Shown: positions 37,471 to 50,463, counted from the whole stretch's first letter. The stretch: 58,657 bases of DNA, filler included, from Sphacelaria rigidula (GCA_964200075.2; 7 parts of 7 records of this genome joined end to end with filler, not necessarily neighbours in it), one strand, 5' to 3'. Notes: generated by a model not told the origin, from the letters alone. Numbers and translations: made by a program.

Positions 37471-39050
37471 GACATGATGACAAAAAAATGATATTAACAA
37501 CAACAATAATACAGCACACATCCTACGCGATAAAAAAACAACAGCGTAAGACACCACCCCATAGAGCGAAAACCGTGAAAACACAGTGAGATGTAGACCC
37601 ATCAACTACCTCAATGTTGAAATGATGTCTTCTTACTCGTTGTGCCTTGGCGGGCCCCTTGGAACCGTTTAACGAAAAACCCTACCGCGAGTGTCGCGCT
37701 CCACCTTGATGTTCGTTCGACCGTGAGTACTACAGTCCCCGTTGCCTAAGGAATAGCCTGTTTTGTGTGGGTTCCCAAGAGTGTTTGATCGTGAGACCGT
37801 CCGGGTCACGCGCTCACCTTATCGGCGGGGCATAGGCTGTTTGTGTTTCATGTTGGTGGGTTGATGATTTGACCATCCGGGTCACGTGCTCATACTGCAG
37901 GCCATAGTTGTCAGGATAGGCGCCTCTTTTGTGATCAGACTGGATGCTAGCGCAAACGCGTGAGTCATTTCGGCTGAAGTCTGTTGTTTGCCATGCTAGG
38001 GAAATTCCCCATTGCTCTTCGAAACGTTTTATCTTTCCCCTTTTCGTGATGTGGGAGATTGTGGTGAAACGTGAGTCTTCGAAGCTCTTTGAGCTTCTGC
38101 AAACTCACGCTCCAGAGTGGGCTATTGTCATGGTATTTGCAGAGACTGGCCTCGGGGTCTATAATCTCTCAGACATACATATCTCCGAGTAAACAAATGT
38201 TTGGATATGAATCTTTGATTTGGCTGTGAGAGATAGCAGCTTCTTGGAAGATCCAAGTCGATGTTCCGAATAGCAGTCGATATGAGATGCAAGTTGTATG
38301 GTTGTTTGTCTTGTCTACTGCGCATTGAATGCTCATGTGCACAACAGATAGCGTTCCCGGAACGTTCGTTGGATGGAGTACTATCCTGTCATCTGTTTTT
38401 CGATTCTCGTACCATGAATAGATATGGATATAATTCAGGCGTAAGGTAGCCAGCCGCACTACTGCCCCGAGTGCCCCCCATGAGCACTGTCTCTCGGATA
38501 CCGGACATCATCAGCTTTAGCCGCCGTTGCTCTGAGTTCCAAGTGAGTGCTTACCAGTAAGCTTTATAGTCGAGGGGAACTATTAGCTCTGGTTCGTATT
38601 GTAAACTGCAAGGAGATGAATCATTCTGTGAACACCTGGACTGGACTGCTTACTGTGGTGGTTTAGTTTTGGGTTGATTTGTTGCTGCCAGCTGTGCATT
38701 GCAACCAGGCACACACGGCTCGAGCCTCTGTTCGTGAGAACATGCAGGACAAAGGTGTAGTGAGGCTGCCTTCTCGGAGGCGACTAGGCTTGAATACATA
38801 ATATCTAGTCCCGAATCACACCCGATAATACAGGCCATTATCCTCCAGAGACTACCCCTGCAATAAACTCCAATGGAAAATAGGTCGGTACACGCACAAA
38901 ATATACTGCTGAGCATCCAGTACTGTCGGCCGCCAAAAGATCCAAATGTTACGTTCCACGCTGTTACCAACGATATTTGGATAATTCCGTCGACAATAGA
39001 CAACATAAAGAGTATACTGGGTACAGTACAGCATCGATTCTCTCGTCTAC

Positions 39051-39400
39051 TGTGCGTGTTGTCGTCCCATCTATTCTGGACGCCAGTCTATACCTTTCGG
39101 TTTATGTGGGTGCATCAGCCAGGATCACGCAGCAGGAAGGTTAACACAGGAGCTTTTTTTCTTTTTTTTAGATACCCCACCTTCCTGACGCGGTGCTTGC
39201 CTTTATTGTTTATCGCGAGTGGGTTTCGGCATTCCCTTACCCTCATCGACCGGCAAGTCGAATTTTGTGTACCCACGACATAGTCGCTCTCCATTGTTGG
39301 GCATGGTGTCAGAAAAATATCCCAGGTCGCTCCGAGAATTGAACCCACGACTCAACCCTCAGAGGGTTTCGAGGTTACCAACTGAGCCGCCGGGGCGAAC
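39051..39400 (-). mobile_element. tRNA-derived SINE, full length
   Basis: The reverse complement starts GTTCGCCCCGGCGGCTCAGTTGGTAACCTCGAAACC..GGGTTCAATTC and ends GACGACAACACGCACA. Confidence 0.85.
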
Positions 39401-41072
39401 GGTTCCTACTGCAACAGACAACATATTATTCGATGTTATACGCAGTAGACGTTTTGCCAGTGCTGTCTATTGTCCAGGGTATAATTTGAAACACGGGATT
39501 TGACGAGTGTTTGGGGGTTTTTTTGCTGTCACGGCGGGACTGCCTCCCTGTCAGTGTTGCGTCAAAAGAAGAAAAAACGTTTTTTTCGGAAAACAATTTG
39601 ACCGGCTTCCCCCCTACTGCGCACTGCTGCAACGCGCAGAACCAGATATAGTGATATGGAACTGTTGACTGTGGTTCTCATACATATGACCGAAGTTACA
39701 GCACTTTTCAGCGTCTACAGCGCGCGTAGGGCCGTGCTTCATAAACTGCGCACCTCTGCAGACAATATGCCGATCGGTACACTACCGATGGTCATGATCC
39801 ACAAAGGGCCACAGTACAGACCGGTGTCAGTTTGCTACAATATCGGCCGCCCAGCCGCTCAAGATGTCGAAGTTAGTGGACGTGCGCGTTCATATATGCG
39901 TTCATCTCTAGTGCACGAAGTCTGGATAGCCGCTTTGAGGACGCATCGACGGTTTCCCCCGAGATTGCTTGTGGCCCAGGTTAGTGATTTGTGCGGGGCC
40001 CAATCGTGCGGGCGCTTGACGCATGTATTGCCTGTGTTGTGTCTGACCCGTGCGCAAAGTTCCATGAGGGAACGTGAAGTCGCAGGCGAGAAATCCACAA
40101 CGAAAGTTTGCTTCGAGAATTGGGAGCTTACCGTAGCAAAGTACCCAGATAAACACGAGATTGGTTTACGCCCTGGTTACGCCGCATATCAGATGCGGTC
40201 ACGCAATATTACGGTACTGTCAAATGCAGTACAGACAGTACAGACAGTACATTGCATCAGCAATCATACTGCTCTTCATAGTGGCCGAGACACAGTTGTC
40301 AATCTTAAGAGTCATCAGCTGCGCCGCCAGGCATGCATGCAAACGATCATGCCGTTCTCATTTGTGCCGAAAGCAAATGAGACCTTCTTTTTTAGACGGA
40401 TTACAGACTCCATATACTACACCCTAGGCGTGGTGACGGCCGGGAACGCGAACCATGGCCGCCTCCTATCGGCGTACCATGCACACCATGCACACCACCG
40501 AACGCGGGACATAACCACATTTTCAGCCTGCAACTTACGCCGACGATCCAGCCTTGAACATAGCTTTTCAGATATGCCGCGTGTTGGGTCGTAGGTCCTT
40601 CCCAAGGAGCTCCTGGCTCATGTGGATTATACTTTGGGGATGCTCTAAGCTATTTTATACGATGACTCTTGTACGCGAAAATCCGCACATAATTTACTTT
40701 TTCCTTCTTTTGGCGCAACACTGTGTGTAGTGTAGAGTCCAGTACTGTCGGCTGAATATGGAACAGTCAAAATCCCTGTGGGATGCGGTTGACACTCAGG
40801 TGCGGGAACGACCGTAGAACGGGTGGAGAATGACCTTACCTATACTGCTGGTACAACAGGTAGGTGTGGGGTGCAACACTAATGCACGTTCAGCGTTAGT
40901 CAAAAGCGGTCTTCCTCCAAGTATGGCGGGGGAAAAGCTTGAGAGGATGAACATACTTTGTGCTCCCCCTCCGAGCTTCAGGAGAGATATCTGGTGCGAA
41001 GCGGCTTGCCTTCGTTCGTGCAGTGGCATGCTCATATGTACGTCATAATCACGCCTTCAGACGTCCACTTGC

Positions 41073-41171
41073 CTCCGCGATCATGACTCTCCTCAAGGCA
41101 TTGGCAACGGATGAGTCTGTGTTGGACAGGATGAACTCCACGTAGTCTTCTCGCAGATCCAATATTTCCAC
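41073..41171 (-). CDS. RPB3: DNA-directed RNA polymerase II subunit RPB3, single internal exon
   Basis: TTTTGACAG|VEILDLREDYVEFILSNTDSSVANALRRVMIAE|GCAAGT. The F-LSNTD-SVANALRRVMIAE(VPT) motif is typical of RPB3 rather than AC40. Too short for the ORF track. Confidence 0.85.
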
Positions 41172-41970
41172 CTGTCAAAACGAGCACATTCGACCAATCA
41201 CATTTGTCGCCTTCGGGAAATTTTGAACGGGATTGTTTTTTGCTTCTCTGGAAATCTCCAATAGTTCCACGGTTAGGACGACTAAAATGGTGATTCAACC
41301 CATACTCATCATTCCAACGAATAAATCATACGATTCGTACATCATTTGTACTTCATACAGCTTTTTAGCTCGTGCGTCGAGCAGTACATGTCCAAGGTAC
41401 CTGTTTCCTACCTTCCGGGAATACCGGGGTAAAAAAATGGGCACATATTCATCCCCTGCACTGCAATTTGAATGACTCGATTGTACATGCCACGCATTTC
41501 TCACCATCATGAGGCGGAAACGTCATGTACAACTCGCTCAACCGAATCGTTTGAGGTGAGCGTCCGTATATTTTTCCCACCTTCGGGTTAATGCGGGACC
41601 AACAATTTATACGGGTTGAATCTTCTCATTTCATGGGCCCTGAATCACGCGTACTTTTCTCCCACCTGTAATGCGCGCAAGATGCCTGTACTGCATATGT
41701 GTTATCCACCCTCGACTCAGCGGGACCAACAATTTATACAGGCTGAATCCTTTCATTTCATGAGGAGTCAACTCGTATGCATTCTGATTCGTCCTAACCG
41801 TGAATAGTTCGGGGGAAGGGGGGGGGGGGGGGGGGGGGGAGGAGGAGAGATCGCCCGGACGTAACTCGATNNNNNNNNNNNNNNNNNNNNNNNNNNNNNN
41901 NNNNNNNNNNNNNNTTAATTAATTAANNNNNNNNNNNNNNNNNNNNNNNNNNNNNNNNNNNNNNNNNNNN

Positions 41971-42220
41971 ACAGTGGTGAGCGACTATGTCGTGGGTACA
42001 CAAAAATCGACTTGACGGTCGACGAGGGAAAGGGACTGCTGAACCCCTCTCGCGATAAAAAATAAAAAGACAAGCACCGCAGGAGGAAGGTGATGTACTA
42101 AAGCCAAATAAAAACGAAAAAACTCCTGTGCTGACCTTCCTCCTGTGTGACCCTGGCTGATGCTCCCACATATCCCGAAAGGGGTAGACTGGCGCCCAGA
42201 ATAAATGGGAAGACAACACT
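41971..42220 (+). mobile_element. tRNA-derived SINE, cut at segment start
   Basis: GAGCGACTATGTCGTGGGTACACAAAAATCGAC..GAAGACAACAC, homologous to the other copies. Confidence 0.8.
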
Positions 42221-42532
42221 GTACAGTACCTACTATCGCCATTATCCATCTGATCAGGGGGTACTTACCCCTCCAAAGTGGGGTACCCCCCCGGCCGTCG
42301 CCCAGAATGAGGTTTTTGGGAATCGGGGGCGGTGAAAAACGTATTCCAGTCTGTAAGGCCCCTTGGAAGAAGCTAAGCCCTCTTCTGTTTGTGACCCTGC
42401 CCGTCGCGCGCCAATAATTATAAAGCTAACTTGAAGCCATCTGAGAACATAAATACTGTGTGGACGTATCTGATACGGCCTCGTAGCTATTCGACCGCAT
42501 GCTCTCGAGTCGAAATGTTCATGATAAATTAA

Positions 42533-43363
42533 CCCTTTTGTGACCGACCCCCCACTAAGACAGGGTTGACCTTGTGTTCGTGAAATAATTAAAAGTAAGT
42601 CTTCGAGCGACCTGCCCAATCACGGCGAGGCGAAATTTATCGACCAGACCCGAACGACCAGCGCGGGGACTGTTGGCGACTGCAAATATCATGTGGGGGG
42701 CCTATCCCTGGCCCAGATATGCCAGGCCCAGATATGCCATCCCAGGTTTTCGAGTGCAGGGTGGTCGGAACTTGGTTATATTATATTACTTGCACTCAGG
42801 ACAGCGTTCCAGAGTGTTCCAGTGGGGTTTTGGGGTCACAATTTCATACTAAAACATAGTACTTTACGCTAACACAGAGTGGACCGGAAAAACCGGGAAG
42901 TAGTGTACATGCCACCATGTGGTCATTTTCACGAGCCACAAAATCCTATTATATATACTGTTGTATGTATGCGCGCCGCAACGCTGATACCCTTCGAAGA
43001 GATTTTGCCGCATGCAACGAGAGGGGAAACGGCGGCCCACCCCGACCACAAAGGGTTGTGTGGCAAGGTGGTGGGGACAAAAGTATCATCCAAAGCCACA
43101 AGCAAGTGGCGGGCGGCTCGCCGGTCGCCGCATCTTGTTGGAAGCTCTTTACCACAACCCACACTGCTTACTATCAGATGTACACCACCTAATGCGCACC
43201 CTGCACCTGAAATAGATTGGATGAAAATTTTGGTCTCCGTCATGACCCTGCGGTTACATACGCGGAGTTTCAGCAACACGCCACTGTCTGTTTCGTTCAG
43301 ACGCCAGACACGTCTTTCCTGACCAGCCTAATTGGTCATTCTGGAGGCCCGGTCCCAAAAGGG
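42533..43363. mobile_element. piggyBac-type non-autonomous element, complete (831 bp)
   Basis: TTAA|CCCTTTTGTGACCG ... CGGTCCCAAAAGGG|TTAA. 14-bp TIR (13/14), CCC/GGG ends and TTAA TSD. Confidence 0.88.
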
Positions 43364-43399
43364 TTAACCCTTACACCTTGAGGGTAGTTCATCTGGATC

Positions 43400-43572
43400 A
43401 TAAATCCTTTTTCAATCGAATTAGTGCGGTGGAAAGCAAAAATCCCGGTGTGATAGATCGTAATTGCAACCATCTTCAGACTTTTCGACGATGGTAGAAA
43501 TTACAACTCATCAGATCGGAGTTGTCCCTTTTCCACCGCACATTTTCGATCGAAAAAGTAATGTGCTAAGAC
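43400..43572. repeat. Palindromic MITE-like repeat, copy A
   Basis: GTGCGGTGGAAA..GTAATTGCAACCATC / GATGGTAGAAATTAC..TTTCCACCGCAC is internally inverted and homologous to 43922-44101. Confidence 0.65.
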
Positions 43573-43921
43573 ACGCGCCCTTAGAGCGGGCCTGCCAAGG
43601 GCCTGTCTGAGCAGTAGACCTTACGAACTGTACGTGAACAATGGTTGGTACTCGATTGTACTTGACTTCAGAATGGAGAAAGCTCGAAGAAAAATATGAT
43701 CTGGGGCAGGTAAGCAGTGGTCAGCAGTAGACCCAGCTCGTCCATAACGTGTTTTCGTCCCAAATCGCTGCGTCGATTTGAGCAATACCCTGCACCCCCT
43801 TGCCCGAGGGTTTTCGCTATGCCTTGGTCGGGGTTAGGGTTAGGGTTAGGAATAAAAATGGCGGTATCTCCATTGTACCAACCATTCTTTACGTACGATT
43901 CGTAAGGTCGCCTCTGTCTTA

Positions 43922-44101
43922 GGGTTTTGGCACATTAGTTTTCGATCGAAGTTGTGCAGCGGAAAGCAAAAACTACCATGTGATAGATCGTAATTTCAAC
44001 CATCGTCGTTGATTTTGAAGATGGTTGAAATCATGACCTTCCAGATCGGAATTATTGTCATCCACCGCACAACTTCGACCCAAAACTACTGCGCTCAAGA
44101 C
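43922..44101. repeat. Palindromic MITE-like repeat, copy B
   Basis: TAGTTTTCGATCGAAGTTGTGC..ATTTCAACCATC / GATGGTTGAAAT..GCACAACTTCGACCCAAAACTA. Confidence 0.65.
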
Positions 44102-44257
44102 ACGCTCCAAGACATGGCCTCATTATCGTTTTTTTCTTTCTGGGCCCTGTGGATTTGGCAAGAAGTCGAGAATACATCATTCGTTCATCATACGCTACAC
44201 ACGTACAGTAAATACAGAAGAACGCCAACATCAGCACGCCACGACCCTGTCTATGTT

Positions 44258-44464
44258 GCAAGGGCAGGTTGAAGTATACTCAATTGCGGGGTATTTTGAA
44301 AGACGTACTTGGGGTACTCAAATTAGAGTAGAGCGTTGGGAGACGTACCCAAAAAATAAGTGGGAAGCGATCCCTGAAACCTACCCCCAATTAGTGTACG
44401 ATACTTAAAGTACGACTTTCAAAATACCCCGCAATTGAGTACACTATACTCGACCTGCCCTTGC
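44258..44464. mobile_element. MITE with long TIRs (about 50 bp)
   Basis: GCAAGGGCAGGT..TACTCAATTGCGGGGTATTTTGAAAG / CTTTCAAAATACCCCGCAATTGAGTA..ACCTGCCCTTGC. Confidence 0.75.
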
Positions 44465-45068
44465 TATCTTGTATTTTAATACGACCATGACGAAAGTGGC
44501 GGTCATTTTTTTCGCCAAATATGGGAACTGTACACAAGTTCACGTTTGTCATGCCATGCAATTCACATCCCATATTTGTGCTCCTCGGAATGCAATGGGA
44601 GGCGCATGGTCGATGCGCTGGTTGATGGGCTTTTGAAATCATCGTTGAAACCGAAGCAAAGAACTGTTCTAGATTCTGGAGAGAGGAAATGAATGAAGTT
44701 TGGTTTCTCGGCTGTGCTGTCTACTCGGCGGCATGCAGCTTGACCCGTCCACCTCTAGTGTGGGACATGTGGGGTTTCGAATACTTTGGCAAGTAAAAAT
44801 GATGCTGATGCAGAGATGGCTGTCAAAGGGGGGGAAAGCAACAGCATTCTGTACACTACATGACGAGCACCACAATCTCTTTCAGGGTACAATAAACCGT
44901 ATACGCAACACGGTCAGCACATGACTGCAACATGCGCGCAGGTGTTGTTCGGCACTTCTTTTCACGGGGGAGTCAATCTCTGTACCTGGTATGCTGTACC
45001 TCTGCCGCCATCCTTCACTCTCAACCTTACCAAGAGACCAACCTTCATCATTACGAACTTCATCCAAC

Positions 45069-45431
45069 CTGTACAGTACGCACCTCGCCCAATGTCTCCC
45101 CAGTTCCGTCTTCGCATGAATGCACCACTCCCAATGTGGCGTCGTCGATATTCCCCACGTGAAAGCCATCAAAAGAATTGCCTTCCAAAACAGCACAGTC
45201 ACTTTCATTTCCTCGCGGTCTACCATAAATGACGGCCTGTCCAGTGACAACCTCTCGTATGCATCCTGCCTCGCCGTCACAACTGCCACCTGGCAGTAGA
45301 TCGCTGTTAGACAGCGCTGTGGAAGCTCGAGCCAGCAGCTGCGTAACACTGGCTGCGTTCGAAACGGGGACCCTCAGTAGCAGAAGTACTGCGAATATAG
45401 GTAGCCTGCTCCGTCCTCTCACAGTTCCCAT
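45069..45431 (-). CDS. Possible first exon of a secreted hypothetical protein
   Basis: MGTVRGRSRLPIFAVLLLLRVPVSNAA.. looks like a signal peptide. The frame is open for 121 codons and ends at a weak CAG|GTTGGA donor. Confidence 0.3.
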
Positions 45432-47917
45432 GGTAATATAGTAGCTGACCGGTACAACACACTGTAAAAGGGACATGTACGCTGAATAGGTCTAGCACAC
45501 AGTAGCTGTATATGGAGATAGTTCAGCGTATTTTTCTCAATTTTAGCTTCGGTGAGAAGGTAGAGCACGGGCAGTTAATCTGGTGACAGGACATGCATCC
45601 AGTTCCATGAGCACCCGTGTACCTCCCGTGACTTTATTGCGCAGTAGATGGTAGCGCGTCGCACCGCCCGAGTTTCAAGGCCAGGAAGCCAGCTTACTCC
45701 CAACTCTGATGATACACGAGACACAACAAAACCACGAACAAAAAGGCGAGGGAAAAAACGGGAGTTCGCGCGGTTCATACGACACGCCTCGCTCTTAATA
45801 CTATGTTCCCGATGATGGAATATGTATTGGATATGTCAACACGCAGGACCGAGAAGAGATATGTACTGACCTGGCACAAGCTCATGAGCGCCAGGACCTT
45901 CCACTCAGCGTAAAGCTCTCGCAAGTATTGGCCGCCCTCTCTCGTTCATGCAAAGCTTGCGGGCCGTCGGGGCCTTCTGATTCTCCGCCCCCGTTTCTCA
46001 AGCGTCGGGTAGATTTTGCACAGCAAATGAACGGACGCGAATCTGCAGCTGTTTCCGGCAGGGAACAGAACAGACGCCTCTCCAGTACGCGTACTGTTTC
46101 AAACCGGGCCTTACTTGGTGTGCGCCGTGACCCCGAAGACTGAATACAGCCACGTATTATCGTGTGATGATCACGGTACCATGCAGTATTGGCTTTGTGG
46201 TCTGAGCTCAGGTGTCATGCATAATTGAATATCCGAAAGAGTCGCATTTTCACACATGTTGCCCCGTATTTTCATAAGAGAACCCATCGAATCGATCAAC
46301 CGGAACATTCTTACCGTAATCCCGTACTCGCGTCTCTGGTTCGTATGTAAGGTCAATGAAAGATCATCGATGGTTACTTCGAAACTATAGCTGTGACGCA
46401 CAACCCAACGGTACAACAGGCAGAAACATATTTTTGTAACGGTGCACGGATTTGCATGTGTATAGTCTACTGCAACTGTACAGTGCAGCCGTACTCCGTT
46501 ACATTGCAGCCATCGCATTGCACGGTCTACCGATGTATGCTTTGTCCCGCGCCGATACTATGGGCCGAGGGTATGCACTCATTCTCCGTAATTTCCAGTA
46601 GGCTTCCGACCAGCGCTCCGCGATTTCCGAGGGGAAATATTAATTTTTGAACATCGGGGTCGACCTGTTACTTTTCAGATTTTCATGGCGGCATGAATGG
46701 TCTTCCCGGCCTTTCATCCCACAAAGTTGCATCGGGGTGGGCAATGGGTAACCTGACTAAATTTCGAACAGTCGCGAGTGCTGCTGGTGTGCATGATAAC
46801 GTTTTTAACCGAAGCGGCGATGCGAATGTGGACAAAAGCGCACAATTTGCCTAGGGCACCCTTGGCACGCCCCTTGCCTGAGGTTCCTGCCTTGGTTTGG
46901 GTTATAGGTTAAGCATAAGGGCTGAGGGGTGCCTGTGGTCGTAAGAATGGTTGACAGGCCGTCCTCCAAAATTCATGACTTGAACTAAGCCTTGCAGAAG
47001 GAGTTGAGCAGTAACTCTCGCCCTAAGGCATACGAGAACCCTTGCGCAAAGTGATTCAAATGTTACTTTAGGTGAGAGTGCATTGGCACGTCTCAAATCG
47101 CCGGAGTCGCCACATCCCAAATCGGCGGAGCCGTCGATTTGGACAAAAAGTTGTGTCGTTGTGTGTGTTGTCGTCCAAACTCGTTCTGTGTAAACTACAA
47201 CAGTAGGGGCACTTAGGAATGTCACCCACTGTAAGGATCTGAATATAGGGGTGCATTTTAAATATTAAGCAATCAACCATTCTCGCCACCAGTGCCAACG
47301 CTCTACAATACTGCGTCCGTGAGGGTCATCGGTCTTATTTCAAGATATTTGATGTTTCAACCGTCAAGTTGGGTAGACCAACTTACTCGGGTAAACCAAA
47401 CTGAATGACTCAGTCGGGTACCTTGCGAGTGACACCCTGGGTCATGATGCAGAGTAAAAAGCGCCGTGGGTTAGCGGGAGTGGCGTTTACATTCACCCTT
47501 TGAAGGCGAGCGAACGACGAGATCCAGCACTGTGTCCGTGATGAGAAATCTAACGGCAACCACAGAGCTCGACAGTAAATGGCCGTTATCTCCGGGCTTG
47601 ATTTACACCTTTCATCCATTTCCATCCATATCTTGCATAATTTCTTATTTTTTGATCTATTTCATTTATTTTCATCCATTTTTATGGCCATCCATCTCCC
47701 TAAAACGGGTGAAAAAGTATGATAAACAACTCCCGTCAATAACGGCCCTGGGTGGCCGTGTGGACATCTCCGAAATTTCAGGATTTGTCCCGAGAAGCTT
47801 ATTTTCGGTAAGTATGACCCGAATTTCTTTACGGTTGATTTTTTCCACATCCTGGACAACATTTATTTTATTTTATGGGTTAGGCCGTTTCTTCCGGTTC
47901 GTATTTTGTTTGGCTCG

Positions 47918-48825
47918 CATCACACGTATTCGACACTTCACATCGCTCTACGGAGAGGAGTCTAGCTCACTTCCCCGATTCGCTTGGCTCCGAGATTTCG
48001 AGAACGGCCTCTGAACAAAATTACCGCCAAACCACAAGATAATCACGTGTCTCCAGTTTTTTGGGGGGATATATTTTTGAAAAAACCACACCCTTCACAA
48101 TATATATATATATATATGGTCAATAGTCACAATAGGCCTTTATACATACTTTACCCGCGGTACTTTTTTATTCAATACAGTAATGCAGCTATAAGGCCGT
48201 TTCTTCCGATTCGTATTATATTTGGCTCGTATTTTCCACTTTTAGGACATTTGACCAGGTTTTTGACCCCCAAACAGGTAATATCGCCACCACACGTCTT
48301 GGACACTCTGTATCACCCCACCCACCGAGAGGAGCCTAGCCCACTTTTCCGATTCGCTTGGGTCAGAGATTTCGAGAGCGGCCTCTGGACAAAAATACGA
48401 GGAAAACATATATTGCACAGCGGTCTGTAGATAGTATTTACAGATACAAAGTGTCCAAGTGTGGTGGCGATAATCCCTGTTTGGGGGTCAAAAACCTTGC
48501 CAAATGTCCTAAAAAATGTGGAAAATACGAGCCGAGCAAAATACGAACCGGAAGAAACGGCCTAATCATAGCTGCATTATTGAATAAAAAAGTACCGTGG
48601 GTAAAGTATAAAGGCCTATTTCGACTATTGACCACATATATATTGTGAAGGGTGTGGTTTTTTCAAAAATATATCCCCCCAAAAAACTGGAGACACGTGA
48701 TTATTTTGTGGTTTGGCAGTAATTTTGTTCAGAGGCCGTCCTCGAAACCTCGGAGCCAAGCGAATCGGGGAAGTGGGCTAGGCTCTTCTCCGTAGAGCGA
48801 TGTGAAGTGTCAAAGACGTGTGATG
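47918..48825. repeat. Large foldback: arms 47918-48314 and 48443-48825, spacer 128 bp
   Basis: For example ATAATCACGTGTCTCCAGTTTTTTGGGGGGATATATTTTTGAAAAAACCACACCCTTCACAATATATAT is mirrored exactly at about 48636-48703. The arms also contain an internal direct repeat of about 310-bp or longer period. Confidence 0.9.
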
Positions 48826-50375
48826 GCGGTATTGTCTGTTTGGGGGCCATCGACCGTGTCAAACGTCCCCCCAAAAATAGAAAATGCGCCACCCGCCCCC
48901 CATGAACCGTCAGAAACGGTTTGTCGACAGGTTGATATTTCAACATCTCTATCTGATTTATGATCATCACGGACATGAAGAATAATAACCGATGAGATCG
49001 AATTTTTTCCCTCCGCCGCACTTCTTCGATAAAAAAACGATGTGTACTATTAATATGGCTCCTTGCTGTCTTCGAACGGGTTGTCCATAATATTGTGTGC
49101 TACACTGTTGTACACTGATGTGCCGTGCTGTTGTGTGTCGTGCCTGCTCCGTGTTGTTCTGTCCTTTCGCTTTATTATTCCGTTTGCCGGCTAGAGAATT
49201 CAGAAACAGCACAATATATATATATGTCTATGACGAAAGACATACCACACATACTTTCCTATGTCGCGCACAGGTTATCACGTCCGTTGATTGCACTGTT
49301 ATGCTGTCCACCCTCGCGCGAATTCGTCTTGGACTCGGAGGTGCGGTGGAGTAACCAAAACCGCCCCATACACGAGGCTGGGCGGTGATTTCACAAAAAA
49401 AAGCTGCTGAAGCAGCGCCAATCCGTTTCATGTCTTCACACATTGATTCACGGATAAACGCGTTGTGGGCTGCCACTATCTGGCATCTGTCTGGCAGGCG
49501 TAGTGGCGAAAGGGCCACAATGGATCGCTACGCGAGTTGTAAAAGTGGCAGCATCAACAGACACTTTACCTCCGACAATATCCGAACCACACACGCGGCC
49601 ATTCGGCTACTGCCCCCAACTACTCTGTTGCGGTCAATTTCGAGCTCCAGAGGAAATAAACGCGTGTAGAAGGAAGGTGCGTGGCTCTCCAGTGGAGTGG
49701 GATCGAACACCTCCAGAGGCTTGTTTGGCCTCTGGAGGGCCGCGCACCCTCTCTGGAGGAACTTGAAGGGTGGGCAGCCCTTCAGAGCACCATCTTTATT
49801 GTTGCTCTCGAGGGATTCAGACCTCAGAAGTCGCTGGAGCATTAGATGCTCTCCATAGGATTCGTTTTAGGACCGGAACTGAGTATGAAATAAATACCCT
49901 CTACAACCTGGTTTAGATTGAATACCCGAAACTTATTCCCCGGCTAATGACGAAATACCCAGCCAATATGCACAAATGCGGTATCATACTGACCGCAATG
50001 AACAGACGAAAAGGGTGACATAGCAGGATTTTTGTTCAAGGCTGTACCGGTGGCGCTGTGGACAAAATATGTCAAGATCAATCAGCGACTTTCAAACTGT
50101 TCCGAAATTGAAAACACGAATTCCAAGCCCAATTTCCACCGAATCTCCACATGGTTCAAATCGTAGTAACCATCATCATCAGCTTGGGAATCTAACGAAC
50201 AGCCGATCATCTATGTTGAGGATGGTGCTTTTCATTGAGGATGAGAACCCGGAGGATTAAAATCNNNNNNNNNNNNNNNNNNNNNNNNNNNNNNNNNNNN
50301 NNNNNNNNTTAATTAATTAANNNNNNNNNNNNNNNNNNNNNNNNNNNNNNNNNNNNNNNNNNNNCCCCCCCGCCA

Positions 50376-50463
50376 GTGCTCCGTCTCCAAAGGGATGCGT
50401 GGTCAATGGTCAAATGACTAAGGCAAGCAACAAATGAGTACGCCCCCCCCCCCCCCGCCCCCC
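50376..50463 (+). mobile_element. 5'-truncated LINE 3' end with poly(C) tail
   Basis: Reads APSPKGCVVNGQMTKASNK*, then GTACG-C14. Preceded by CCCCCCCGCC, and the same motif occurs at the end of the tail. Confidence 0.8.

Noticed and set aside
39656..40594. 312-aa plus-strand ORF
   Set aside because: No recognisable motif, it reads through (CAGTA)-type microsatellite, and it lies antisense in the presumed RPB3 intron.
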